The translations under genes were made by a program, and so were the position numbers. Positions 18,312 to 27,816 of a stretch of 50,191 bases of DNA are shown here, one piece after another. Position 1 is the stretch's first letter, and each line of letters starts with the position of its first letter. The stretch covers positions 1 through 50,191 of the forward strand of contig CALVZO010000025.1 of the NCBI GenBank assembly GCA_944372545.1, written 5' to 3'. The DNA comes from an uncultured Bacilli bacterium (GTDB lineage: Bacteria > Bacillota_I > Bacilli_A > RF39 > UBA660). Below the pieces are notes generated by a model, which had not been told where the DNA came from, ran no database searches, and was given only the letters and a program-made list of their open reading frames with translations.

Positions 18312-19598
18312 ATGAGTGAATATTACAAATATTTTAATGAAATTATTGAAAATACTTATGATTTAGTTAGTCCTATAGTAAAAGAGATAAATAATATTGG
18401 TGCTTGTCCCAATTGTGGGGGACATTATATTAAGGGTACATGTAAATATTGTCGAACTAAAAATGAAAAATTAGAACAATTAGTAAATGATTTAGAAATT
18501 TATTTAAAGAGTCTATTAGAAAAGTTAGAAAATCTCCCAATTAAAAATATAAATATTAATAAACTTTTTAATCTTTTATATACATGTAAAAATATAGAAG
18601 ATAGTCTTTTAAATGAATTATTTACAAAATACAACTATGAAGAAGTATTTCAACATTTTTTTGAACAAAATCTTGAAAGATTAAATAATTGTGATAATGA
18701 ATTTACTCCTTTAGAAATGGAAGTATTTGAAACGGCAATAAGTGTAAATAAACACCCAGAGTTAAATAGGGTATATGATTTCTTTATTCGTAATGCTTTG
18801 CTTAAAAAACAAAATGTTAGTTTTGATAGTTTTTGCATAGTTATAAAACATTTTACTGAGAGTCAAATGAAAATTGTTTACCCAACAGTAAAATGCCAAA
18901 TAGTAGAAAAAATTCCTTATAAAATTTGTAATAGTAAGGTTGTCGGAGAAAGTTCTTATAACAAAATAACTTTGTCTAAGGAATTAGTAAAAGAATTATA
19001 TAATAATGAAAATTTTGAGATTTTAATTACCATTTTTCATGAATTAATCCATACGATGCAATGGAAAGAAATTTTTACCAGTAAGGATATAAAAGCAATT
19101 ACACCACTTATGATGACTGAATTAATGGAGTATATTTTAACTAGAGAAGTAAGTGGTTATTATAATGAAAATTATGATAAAATATCTTATGAAAATGAAG
19201 CTAATTCTTCTGGTTTATATATTTTATACTTATATTTTAATAAGATTAATTTTAATTATTATAATGGTGAAATTTTTAAAAAAAGAATGGAATATTGTCA
19301 AGAAGAAATGGAAAATAAAATTAGAACAGTAAATGGTACTATAACTACAGTAACAGATGAATTTAATAAACTTATTCAAAAAAGACCAGATTTATTAAAG
19401 AAACATATATTACTAAATTATTTATATAAAGTAGATGGAGAAGAAGTAGTTTTAAAGACTGCTGATGAATTAATGAAAGATAAAGAAAAAATGTTAAGTA
19501 ATTCTAGTTTAAATGACCAAGATAAAGCAACAATACAAGATTTTTATGAAAAAGAAATAGAATTATTGTCAAATAATAACACTTTTAGTATACTTTAG
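18312..19598 (+). CDS. Hypothetical protein with N-terminal CxxC...CxxC zinc ribbon and an HExxH motif
   Basis: AGGGGG RBS. CPNCGGHYIKGTCKYC (residues 32-47). ITIFHELIHTMQW with a downstream YENEAN. No family recognised. Confidence 0.6.
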   Translation: MSEYYKYFNEIIENTYDLVSPIVKEINNIGACPNCGGHYIKGTCKYCRTKNEKLEQLVNDLEIYLKSLLEKLENLPIKNININKLFNLLYTCKNIEDSLLNELFTKYNYEEVFQHFFEQNLERLNNCDNEFTPLEMEVFETAISVNKHPELNRVYDFFIRNALLKKQNVSFDSFCIVIKHFTESQMKIVYPTVKCQIVEKIPYKICNSKVVGESSYNKITLSKELVKELYNNENFEILITIFHELIHTMQWKEIFTSKDIKAITPLMMTELMEYILTREVSGYYNENYDKISYENEANSSGLYILYLYFNKINFNYYNGEIFKKRMEYCQEEMENKIRTVNGTITTVTDEFNKLIQKRPDLLKKHILLNYLYKVDGEEVVLKTADELMKDKEKMLSNSSLNDQDKATIQDFYEKEIELLSNNNTFSIL

Positions 19599-19609
19599 GT
19601 GGTGAGGTT

Positions 19610-20326
19610 ATGTACATAAGTAGTTTAAATAATGAAAAAGTAAAGTATTGGGAAAAATTAAAAGTAAAAAAATATCGGGACAGAGAAAAATTATTCTTAA
19701 TTGAGTCAACTCACTTAGTTATGGAAGCACTTAATTTAGGTATTCTAAAAGAAATAATTACAACAGAAGAAAAAGAATATGCAGTACCTACTTATCAAGT
19801 ATCTATGAGTATTATGAAAAAGTTATCTAGTCAAACGAGTAGTACCAAAATAATTGGAGTAGCAAAATTACTTGAAGAAAAGGAAATAGAAGGAAATATT
19901 TTATTATTAGATAATTTACAAGATCCAGGTAATTTAGGTTGTATTATAAGAAGTGCTTGTGCTTTTAATTTTAAAACTATTATTTTAAGTAATACTTGTG
20001 TTGATTTATATAATCCTAAAGTAATTAGAGCCACTGAAGGTATGCTTTTTCATGTAAATATTATAAGAGGTAACTTATTAGATATTATAAAGAATTTAAG
20101 TAAAGATTATTTATTAGTAACTACAGATGTATGTAATGGAAAAGATATAAAGACATTAAAATATAAAAATATTGCCATAGTAATTGGTAATGAAGGCTCA
20201 GGAGTAAGTGAAGAAGTATCTTCTTTATGTCAAGAAAAAGTAAATATTAAAATGACTAATGTTTGTGAATCATTAAATGCTTCAGTATCAGCAAGTATAT
20301 TAATGTATGAGGTTTATCATGAATAA
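19610..20326 (+). CDS. TrmH/SpoU-family RNA 2'-O-methyltransferase
   Basis: LLLDNLQDPGNLGCIIRSACAF, IVIGNEGSGVSEEV and ESLNASVSASILMYE are the three SpoU motifs. Confidence 0.85.
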   Translation: MYISSLNNEKVKYWEKLKVKKYRDREKLFLIESTHLVMEALNLGILKEIITTEEKEYAVPTYQVSMSIMKKLSSQTSSTKIIGVAKLLEEKEIEGNILLLDNLQDPGNLGCIIRSACAFNFKTIILSNTCVDLYNPKVIRATEGMLFHVNIIRGNLLDIIKNLSKDYLLVTTDVCNGKDIKTLKYKNIAIVIGNEGSGVSEEVSSLCQEKVNIKMTNVCESLNASVSASILMYEVYHE

Positions 20327-20813
20327 TTATATTTATATTGGCAAAATAATTAATACTTTTGGTATTAAAGGAGAATTAAAATTAAGAAGTGATTTTGAAT
20401 ATATAAATGAGGCTTTAAAAAAAGGTAATACTTTATATATTGGGGAATATAAACAAAATGTCTTATTAGAAGATGCTAGGTTTCATAAAAACAATTATTT
20501 AATTAAATTAGAAAATTTAAATAATATAAATGATGTATTAAAATATAAGGGTTTAAATGTATTCATAAATAGAGAAGATTTAAAACTTAATGAAAATGGT
20601 TATTTAATGCAAGATTTAATTGGGTTTTCTGTATATGATAATGATAAATTAATCGGTGTAGTAATAGATTATGAGCGTATTAGTAATTATTACTTATTAA
20701 AAGTAAAGAGTGAAAAAGTATTTTATATACCGATGGCATCAGATTATATTATAGAAGTATTACTAAATGATAAAAAAATAATTACTAAAGGGGGAAGTGA
20801 TTTAATATTATGA
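20319..20813 (+). CDS. rimM: 16S rRNA processing protein RimM
   Basis: IGKIINTFGIKGELKL is the N-terminal RimM motif. GAGG at 20309-20312 favours ATG 20319. It precedes trmD. Confidence 0.85.
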   Translation: MNNYIYIGKIINTFGIKGELKLRSDFEYINEALKKGNTLYIGEYKQNVLLEDARFHKNNYLIKLENLNNINDVLKYKGLNVFINREDLKLNENGYLMQDLIGFSVYDNDKLIGVVIDYERISNYYLLKVKSEKVFYIPMASDYIIEVLLNDKKIITKGGSDLIL

Positions 20814-21487
20814 CAATAGATATTTTAACTTTATTTCCAAATATGTTTAATGGTATTTTAAATGAATCAATTATTAAAAGGGCAATTAATAATAATCTTG
20901 TTAAGATAAATGTTATTGATTTTAGAGCCTATTCTACTTTTAGCAATATGCAAGTAGATGATACGCCTTATGGTGGAGGTAAGGGCATGGTTTTAATGTG
21001 TGAACCAGTAGTAAGGGCAATTGAAGATTTAAAAAAAGAAGATTCCCTAGTAATTCTTACTTGCCCGCAAGGAAAAACTTATAATGAGAAAATGGCGTTT
21101 GATTTAAAAAAATATAAACATTTAATAATCGTATGTGGTCATTATGAAGGATATGATGAGAGGATTAGAAATTTTGTTGACTTAGAAGTAAGTATTGGTG
21201 ATTATATATTAACGGGTGGAGAAATACCAGCGATGGTTATTGTAGATTCAGTTACAAGATTACTAGAAGGAGTTATAAAAGAAGAATCTTATTTTGAAGA
21301 TTCATTTACAAATAATTTACTTGATTATCCAACCTATACTAAGCCAAGAGATTTTCGTGGACTATTAGTTCCTGAAGTCTTACTTAGTGGAAACCATGAA
21401 AAAATAAAAGAATATCGCTTGCAAGAACAAATCAAAAGGACAAAAGAAAGACGCCCAGATTTATTAAAGAGGGAAAATGAAAAATAA
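20810..21487 (+). CDS. trmD: tRNA (guanine37-N1)-methyltransferase TrmD
   Basis: ILTLFPNMF, DDTPYGGGKGMVL, CGHYEGYDERI and LTGGEIPAMV. ATGA overlap with rimM. Confidence 0.95.
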   Translation: MTIDILTLFPNMFNGILNESIIKRAINNNLVKINVIDFRAYSTFSNMQVDDTPYGGGKGMVLMCEPVVRAIEDLKKEDSLVILTCPQGKTYNEKMAFDLKKYKHLIIVCGHYEGYDERIRNFVDLEVSIGDYILTGGEIPAMVIVDSVTRLLEGVIKEESYFEDSFTNNLLDYPTYTKPRDFRGLLVPEVLLSGNHEKIKEYRLQEQIKRTKERRPDLLKRENEK

Positions 21488-21854
21488 GTTAGAAAAAATT
21501 AATAAAGAGTTTTTAATCGTCGAAAAAGAAAATGAAGAAGCATTTATAATAACTAAGGGGGAAGAAAAATTAATTTTACATGATAAATTGATTATTCCAA
21601 AAGTTATTGATAAGAAATTTAATGAAAAGTATCGAAGACTCTTATATATTATTATAGATATTAATGAAAGCGATAGTGATAATGAAAGTGATATTTATCT
21701 TGTAAAAGAGAATATTGAAGAATTAAGAGAGTTAATTCTAAAAAAGTATGCTAAATACATAAAAAAAGATGTATTGAATAAATATTTAAAGATGTTATTA
21801 ATTTTAGAAGGCAAAATAGTTACTAAAAATAGAGGAAAAAGAGTAAATTTTTAG
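21477..21854 (+). CDS. Hypothetical protein (125 aa)
   Basis: Overlaps the trmD stop and is Lys/Glu-rich. No motif recognised. It occupies the position where rplS usually follows trmD. Confidence 0.5.
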   Translation: MKNKLEKINKEFLIVEKENEEAFIITKGEEKLILHDKLIIPKVIDKKFNEKYRRLLYIIIDINESDSDNESDIYLVKENIEELRELILKKYAKYIKKDVLNKYLKMLLILEGKIVTKNRGKRVNF

Positions 21855-21860
21855 ACTAAA

Positions 21861-22039
21861 GTCCGTTTTTTGAACAGATTTTTAATTTTTCAATTTAAAT
21901 GCCGTAATTTATAAGAAAAACGGCAATAAGGTTGATAAATATTGTTGGATATTATAATAAATTGATAAATTTTTACATACTAAAATTAACGGAGTTATGT
22001 CCGTTTTTTAAACTTAATGCCGTATTTTTTTTAAAACGG
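21861..22039. repeat. Direct and inverted repeat modules upstream of uppP
   Basis: GTCCGTTTTTTGAAC (21861-21875) and GTCCGTTTTTTAAAC (21999-22013). AATGCCGTA at 21898 and 22016. TGCCGT-N14-ACGGCA (21900-21925). AACGGA-gttatg-TCCGTT followed by a T-run (21988-22009). TTGATAAAT twice (21932, 21962). Confidence 0.8.
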
Positions 22040-22106
22040 ATTTAAAATTAGCAATATTTTATTTATAATTTTTTAAAAATATTATATAATTAATTAGGTG
22101 ATTATA

Positions 22107-22913
22107 ATGGATTATATAAAATATATTATCTTAGGTATTATTCAAGGTATAACAGAGCCTCTTCCTATTTCTAGTAGTGGACATATATTTTTATTTAAAA
22201 ATTTACTTAATACAGAAGTATTTAATACTCTAAATTTTGAAATAATTTCTAATTTTGGCTCATTTATTGCTATCTTATTTATATTTCGTAAAGATATTTT
22301 AGAATTAATTAAGAATTTCTTTAATTATTTATTTGGTAAGAAAAAAAGTAATCAAGATAAAGATGGTTTTATGTATATCATTAAATTAATTATTAGTACT
22401 ATTCCTGTTGGTATTACTGGTATACTTTTTAATGATTATTTAGAAAGTCATTATACTTCTCTAAAATTTTTAGCCATGTCTTTTTTACTTACTGCTTTAA
22501 TGCTTTTCCTAGTTAAAAATATTAAAGGCACTAAAAAAAGTCAAGATATTACTTTTAAAGATGCTGTAATTATTGGTTTATTTCAAGCAATTACTATAAT
22601 TCCTGGTATTAGTAGAAGTGGTACAGTTTTAGTAGCGTGTCTTATTTGTAAACTTGAGCGAAGTGATGCTTTAAAATATACTTTTATGATGTATTTTCCC
22701 GTAAGTGTTGGAACAATGTTATTAAAAGTTCCTGATTTAATTAGTACTGAAGTTAGTTTACTACTTCCTTATTTATGTGGTATGTTAGCATCTTTAATAG
22801 TTACATACTTCTCATATAAATGGCTAAGTGAATTAGTTAAAAAAGGTGATTTATGGAAATTCTCTATTTATTGTATCTTTTTAGCAATTTTTATTTTTAT
22901 ATATTTTCGTTAA
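22107..22913 (+). CDS. uppP: Undecaprenyl-diphosphate phosphatase (BacA/UppP)
   Basis: GIIQGITEPLPISSSGH and PGISRSGTVL are UppP signatures in a polytopic membrane protein. AGGTGA (22096-22101) favours ATG 22107. Confidence 0.9.
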   Translation: MDYIKYIILGIIQGITEPLPISSSGHIFLFKNLLNTEVFNTLNFEIISNFGSFIAILFIFRKDILELIKNFFNYLFGKKKSNQDKDGFMYIIKLIISTIPVGITGILFNDYLESHYTSLKFLAMSFLLTALMLFLVKNIKGTKKSQDITFKDAVIIGLFQAITIIPGISRSGTVLVACLICKLERSDALKYTFMMYFPVSVGTMLLKVPDLISTEVSLLLPYLCGMLASLIVTYFSYKWLSELVKKGDLWKFSIYCIFLAIFIFIYFR

Positions 22914-22937
22914 AATTTAAGTTTGTTTAGTAATGTA

Positions 22938-22965
22938 AAAAGGTTAGGAATGTCCCTAACCTTTT
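22938..22965. terminator. Bidirectional terminator between convergent uppP and tyrS
   Basis: Perfect 11-bp stem AAAAGGTTAGG / CCTAACCTTTT with a 6-nt loop and T-rich flanks. Confidence 0.8.
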
Positions 22966-22996
22966 GTATTTTTTATATTAAATTATTTAGTTTTTA

Positions 22997-24223
22997 TTAA
23001 TTAAATATACCTAAATAATATTTTTTCTTGCCCTTTTTAATTAATATAACTTTGTTATCAATGGCATTACTCTTACTAACTATATAGTTATTATCAGTAA
23101 TTTTTTTATTATTAATACTTATTGCATTGCCACTAATTAACTCTCTTGCTTCTCTTTTACTCTTACAAATATTTCCACTTATAAGTAATTCTTCTAAAAT
23201 AGCATTATCATCAATCATTATTTTTTCCATATCTTTAAAATTATTTAAAATATCTTCACTAGATAAATTAATTATATCTTCATTAAATAAAGATTTACTC
23301 ATTAATTCTGCTTTTTTGGCTTCATCATTTCCATGTAAAAATGTTATTACTTCTCTTGCTAAAGTTTTATGAGCAATTCTTTCTTCTGGTTTTTCTTTTT
23401 GTATTCTTTCAATTTCTTCAATTTCTTCTCTACTTAAAAATGTAAATATTTTCAAATAATCAATAACCATTTCATCTTCAACATTAATTAAATATTGATA
23501 TAATTCATAACTACAAGTTTTATTTTTATCTAGCCATAAAGCATTACCTTCACTTTTGCCAAATTTTTTACCATCTTTTGTAGTAACTAACGGCATTGTA
23601 AAAGCATATGCTTCACCACCCGTTTTTCTTTTAATTAAATCAATTCCTGCCGTCATATTTCCCCATTGGTCAGAACCTGCAACTTGTAAAGTACAATTCT
23701 TTGTTGCATATAAATGAAGAAAATCTAGGGCTTGTAAAATCATGTAAGAAAATTCTGTATAAGTAATACCAGTATCTAATCTTCTTCTTATAATATCTTT
23801 ATCTAACATATAATTGATATTAAAATATTTTCCATAATCTCTTAGGAAATCTAAAGCATTAATATCTTTAGTCCAGTCATAATTATTAACGATTTCAAAT
23901 CCAAATAATTTTTTCACTTGTTCAGTAAGTCCTTCAATATTATGATTTATTTCTTCAATACTCTTCATTTCTCTTTCGCTAGTAGGTCTAGGGTCACCAA
24001 TTCTGCCAGTTGCTCCGCCAATTAAAAGAATTGGATTATGCCCCGCTTCTTTTAATCTCTTTGAAATCAAAAAAGATGATAAATGCCCTAAATGGAGACT
24101 ATCTCCAGTTGGATCTGTCCCAATATAAAAGGTAAGTCCTCCATTATTTAATTTTTCTTCTAAAAGCGGACTAGATATATCTTTAATTAATCCTCGCCAT
24201 TTTAAATCTTCATATAATGTCAT
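22997..24223 (-). CDS. tyrS: Tyrosine--tRNA ligase
   Basis: Class I HIGH (DSLHLGHL) and KMSKS (KFGKS) motifs, a C-terminal S4-like domain, and a Tyr T-box leader upstream. Confidence 0.95.
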   Translation of the reverse strand: MTLYEDLKWRGLIKDISSPLLEEKLNNGGLTFYIGTDPTGDSLHLGHLSSFLISKRLKEAGHNPILLIGGATGRIGDPRPTSEREMKSIEEINHNIEGLTEQVKKLFGFEIVNNYDWTKDINALDFLRDYGKYFNINYMLDKDIIRRRLDTGITYTEFSYMILQALDFLHLYATKNCTLQVAGSDQWGNMTAGIDLIKRKTGGEAYAFTMPLVTTKDGKKFGKSEGNALWLDKNKTCSYELYQYLINVEDEMVIDYLKIFTFLSREEIEEIERIQKEKPEERIAHKTLAREVITFLHGNDEAKKAELMSKSLFNEDIINLSSEDILNNFKDMEKIMIDDNAILEELLISGNICKSKREARELISGNAISINNKKITDNNYIVSKSNAIDNKVILIKKGKKKYYLGIFN

Positions 24224-24225
24224 AA

Positions 24226-24376
24226 AATTTCCTTTCTAATAAAAAAATTCATAAATTAATCTAAGGACGAGTTTCCCCGCGGTACCACCTTAATTTATGA
24301 ATTATCATACACTTTATTTACAATATCGCTGTAATGCGTTTTAGTTCCAGAGTCGTAAATTCCTTCATCACTAACA
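24226..24376 (-). promoter_or_regulatory. T-box leader (Tyr specifier) of tyrS
   Basis: Minus strand: -10 TATAAT (24387-24382). UAC specifier at 24357-24355. T-box sequence AAGGUGGUACCGCGGGG (24291-24275). 12-bp terminator UUCAUAAAUUAA / UUAAUUUAUGAA (24301-24290 with 24259-24248) followed by U7. Confidence 0.85.
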
Positions 24377-24399
24377 ACCAAATTATACTATTTATTTTT

Positions 24400-25065
24400 T
24401 TATAAATCAATACCATCAATGCTTGTTTCATAAATCCAATTTTTTATATCTTCATTATCATTAGTTTCATAAAATTTAATTAATTTTTCAAAGAATACTT
24501 TTTGATTTACTTGCGAAATAGAAATGATACCACAGCCATTATCAATCATTATTTTATTGGCAAAAAGCATACCTACTCTTTTATTACCATCAATAAACAT
24601 TTGTCTTCTCATAATCCATAACATAACCTCTATTGCAATTTCTGTTTTAGATTTTTCGCTATCTTTAAGAATATCTTCTAATTCTTCTTTAATTTGACTT
24701 TCTATTGGAAACTGAGGTTTCCAACTTGTTCCACCAATATTGACTGGTGTAGACCTTAATACACCTAAATTTTCATTTAAAACTAATTTATCACAAGTTA
24801 TTTTATGTAAATATGTTAACATTTTATAATCGTACTCTATATCTTCATTTTCAATAATAAATCTCCAAGCATATTTTAAATTATTTATTGCTATTATTTC
24901 ATCGATTTTAAGATTATTTACAATGCCACCATCATATATTGCTTGAGTTTCTTTATAACTTATTTTAATTCCTTCTAAATTAGCACTCTTCCAAATATAA
25001 TCAACAATATTTCTTTTGGCAATAAATAAATTTTGACTTTTTGTTAAATTAAATTTATTTTCCAT
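24400..25065 (-). CDS. Fic/Doc-family protein with a non-canonical motif (QMFIDGNKR)
   Basis: Fic-fold markers GVLRSTPVNIGG and RRQMFIDGNKRVGMLFAN. The motif matches Doc-type HxFx(D/N)(A/G)NKR except that His is replaced by Gln (CAA at 24603-24601). Confidence 0.7.
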   Translation of the reverse strand: MENKFNLTKSQNLFIAKRNIVDYIWKSANLEGIKISYKETQAIYDGGIVNNLKIDEIIAINNLKYAWRFIIENEDIEYDYKMLTYLHKITCDKLVLNENLGVLRSTPVNIGGTSWKPQFPIESQIKEELEDILKDSEKSKTEIAIEVMLWIMRRQMFIDGNKRVGMLFANKIMIDNGCGIISISQVNQKVFFEKLIKFYETNDNEDIKNWIYETSIDGIDL

Positions 25066-25076
25066 ATGAAATTATT

Positions 25077-25799
25077 TTATAAATCAATATCAACATTATG
25101 ATATATTTCAGTTACATCATCAATGTCATCAAGCATATTATATAATTTAATAAATACTTCTTTATCTTCATCATTTAAAGTTGTTTTTTCTTTTGGAAAC
25201 ATACCAATTTGGTCTATTTCGTAATCTACATTAGGAATTAAATTTTCTATAGTGTCCTTAACTTTATTATGATCATTAGGATTCATCGTAATTGTAATAA
25301 ATCCATCTTCATCTTCAAAATCAATAATATTTATTCCTTCATTTAATAAACTTTCGAATAATTCCTCACTTTTTTCACTCTTAAATGATAATACCCCTAG
25401 ATAATCATAGTTGTAAGAAACAGAATTAGTTACTCCTAAACTTTTATTAACTTTATTAAAGGCCGCTCTTACAAGTCCAACTGTTCTATTAACATTATCT
25501 GTTAAACATTTAATAATTAAAGTTGAATTAGCGGGTCCAAATCCCTCATAAATAACTTCATGATAATCTTCTCCTCCAACTCCTTTGGCTTTATCAATTG
25601 CTCTATTAATAATATCTGTCGGTACTTGATTTTTTTTCGCTTTATCAACAATTCTTTTTAAATTGATATTAGCCTCAATTTCTGGTACTCCATTTTTAGC
25701 AGCAAGATATATTTCTTTAGCAAAAGTTGTATATAATTTTCCTTTTGCTGCTCCTGTTTTTTGAATACTTGCTTTTCTTACTTCATATGCTCTTCCCAT
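25077..25799 (-). CDS. yebC: YebC/PmpR-family DNA-binding regulator
   Basis: MGRAYEVRKASIQKTGAAKGKLYTTFAKEI... and the overall YebC layout (240 aa). Confidence 0.9.
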   Translation of the reverse strand: MGRAYEVRKASIQKTGAAKGKLYTTFAKEIYLAAKNGVPEIEANINLKRIVDKAKKNQVPTDIINRAIDKAKGVGGEDYHEVIYEGFGPANSTLIIKCLTDNVNRTVGLVRAAFNKVNKSLGVTNSVSYNYDYLGVLSFKSEKSEELFESLLNEGINIIDFEDEDGFITITMNPNDHNKVKDTIENLIPNVDYEIDQIGMFPKEKTTLNDEDKEVFIKLYNMLDDIDDVTEIYHNVDIDL

Positions 25800-25808
25800 A
25801 ATAACCTC

Positions 25809-26855
25809 CTAAATTATTTTTAAATTAGCAATAAATTCATAAACAAAATGTTTCTTATTTATTGTTTTAATTTTTCTTATTTGTTTTAATATTTTATAAA
25901 TTTCAAAATATGTCATATCTTCTTTCATCATAACATACTCTAAAGATTTAATAATTAATTCTTTATTATTTTTAGTTTTAAAATATTTAAGACATCTTTT
26001 ATATAAATCTTTATCAACTTTTCTTACCAACATATTATATAATAACATTGGCATTTTTTGAAAGATAAAATTGTAACCATCATAATTTTTTACTACTTTT
26101 AATGTATCATAATAGCCTAATTTAATATTTTCATTTATTTTCTTTTTATTAACATTTAATGTACTTCCTAAATATTTAGATGGTACTATTCTTATAATTT
26201 TCTTTTTATCTGTATCTTTTATTTTTTGCTTAAAACCTATACCTTGGATTTCAATGGAATAAATTTTATCATAACCTTTATTAAGTAACATGTTAATAGG
26301 GTTATTATCATAAAAGCCACCATCAATATAGTAATTATCATCAACTAATTTTTCCATTTTAAATACTGGCAAATTACAACTTGCTAAAATATATTCGGGG
26401 ATTTTTCCCTTTTTCATATCTTCTTTAAATAAGTATAGTGGTTTTAAATCTTTAACTCTTACTGTTACTAAACCAAAGTCCATTTCACTATTTCTAATTT
26501 CTTCTTCATTAATCATTTCTGCTAAAATGTTTTTTAAATTATTATTACTTATTCCTTTATTTTTTAATATTAAAGTCATTTGTTCAATCCCATAAACTAA
26601 TTCTTTAAATTTTTCTTTATTATTAACACTATCTGTATATTTAGTATTGAAATTTAATAAGGCTCCAACATCTACATTTTTCCAAAAATTATATAGTTCT
26701 GCTTCTTTTTTGGCACAAATTAAAGCCGCATTAAAAGACCCAATTGATGTTCCTACAACACCATCTATTTTTACATGGCATTTTTTTAGGGCTAAATAAG
26801 CCCCTACTTGGTAAGCACCTTTAACACCACCACCTGCTAAGACCAAACCTGTCAT
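25809..26855 (-). CDS. Patatin-like phospholipase
   Basis: GLVLAGGGVKGAYQVG (oxyanion Gly-rich loop), GTSIGS (GxSxG) and YIDGGFYDN (DGG). Confidence 0.85.
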   Translation of the reverse strand: MTGLVLAGGGVKGAYQVGAYLALKKCHVKIDGVVGTSIGSFNAALICAKKEAELYNFWKNVDVGALLNFNTKYTDSVNNKEKFKELVYGIEQMTLILKNKGISNNNLKNILAEMINEEEIRNSEMDFGLVTVRVKDLKPLYLFKEDMKKGKIPEYILASCNLPVFKMEKLVDDNYYIDGGFYDNNPINMLLNKGYDKIYSIEIQGIGFKQKIKDTDKKKIIRIVPSKYLGSTLNVNKKKINENIKLGYYDTLKVVKNYDGYNFIFQKMPMLLYNMLVRKVDKDLYKRCLKYFKTKNNKELIIKSLEYVMMKEDMTYFEIYKILKQIRKIKTINKKHFVYEFIANLKII

Positions 26856-26868
26856 TATTCACACCCCT

Positions 26869-27792
26869 TTATTTTTTTAAAAATATTAATGGTTTTGCTA
26901 ATAATCTTTGTAACTTTCTTTTCTTACCCTTCTGTTTTAATCTTCTAAAATAATTATATAATGTATCATTTTGATAATGAATTATTTTTTCTAATTCATC
27001 ACTATCTAATAATATTGGACTTCTATAATCTTTATCTAAAAATGTTCTTGCTAAAAAATATTTCCAACTAATACCATAATTAATTAATATATTTTTTAGA
27101 ATATCATCATATTTTAGTCTTCCATTTAATCCCATACCAACATTATATATCTTTTTATTAAGTTCTTGTTTATAATCAATGGCCCTAACAAAAGCATAAG
27201 CAGCATCTTGATTAGTAGTAACTTCTACAAATAAATTTTTCTTAACATGATACATAAATGGTTCATGCTCTATATTATTTAATACTAAAGGTAAACGGAA
27301 AATAGTATAATTTTTTAATTTTTTCTTAATCAAATTTTCTGCTCGATATTTATTTAAACTATAATTTGATAAATTATCAACAATTATTTTTTCTTTAACT
27401 GTAGCACTTAAAGTTTCATCATATAAACTAGTAGTTGATGCATATATCAAAAAACAACTAGGATTATAATAATTAATGGCTTTAATAATATTCTCTGTCC
27501 CAGAATAATCAATAATATCTCCTAGTTTACTAGAAAAATCACTAAATGGTGGCATAATTGATGCTAAGTGTATTACATAATCATGTCCTTTAATAAGGGC
27601 TTCTACTAAAATTGGGTCATTAACATCACCAAAAATTATATTAATTCTCTTTCGATACTTTTTTAATTTTTTTTGAGTTTTTTTATTTTTTAAATCTAAG
27701 GCTGTTATTTCATATTTTCCTTCACTTAATAAATATCTTATTACATATTCGCCAATACTACCTGCAGCCCCAGTTACTAAAACTTTCTTCAC
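26869..27792 (-). CDS. NAD-dependent epimerase/dehydratase (extended SDR) family protein
   Basis: VLVTGAAGSIGEYV Rossmann motif, 307 aa, with a basic C-terminal tail. Confidence 0.75.
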   Translation of the reverse strand: MKKVLVTGAAGSIGEYVIRYLLSEGKYEITALDLKNKKTQKKLKKYRKRINIIFGDVNDPILVEALIKGHDYVIHLASIMPPFSDFSSKLGDIIDYSGTENIIKAINYYNPSCFLIYASTTSLYDETLSATVKEKIIVDNLSNYSLNKYRAENLIKKKLKNYTIFRLPLVLNNIEHEPFMYHVKKNLFVEVTTNQDAAYAFVRAIDYKQELNKKIYNVGMGLNGRLKYDDILKNILINYGISWKYFLARTFLDKDYRSPILLDSDELEKIIHYQNDTLYNYFRRLKQKGKKRKLQRLLAKPLIFLKK

Positions 27793-27816
27793 TAAATCAC
27801 TCCTTATCCGAGTTGG

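Noticed and set aside
18650-20034. Short antisense ORFs 18650-18838 and 19831-20034
   Set aside because: They are embedded in longer, better-supported plus-strand genes.
23127-23372. 81-aa ORF antisense to tyrS
   Set aside because: It lies inside tyrS and is a Ser/Leu/Ile-rich artefact.
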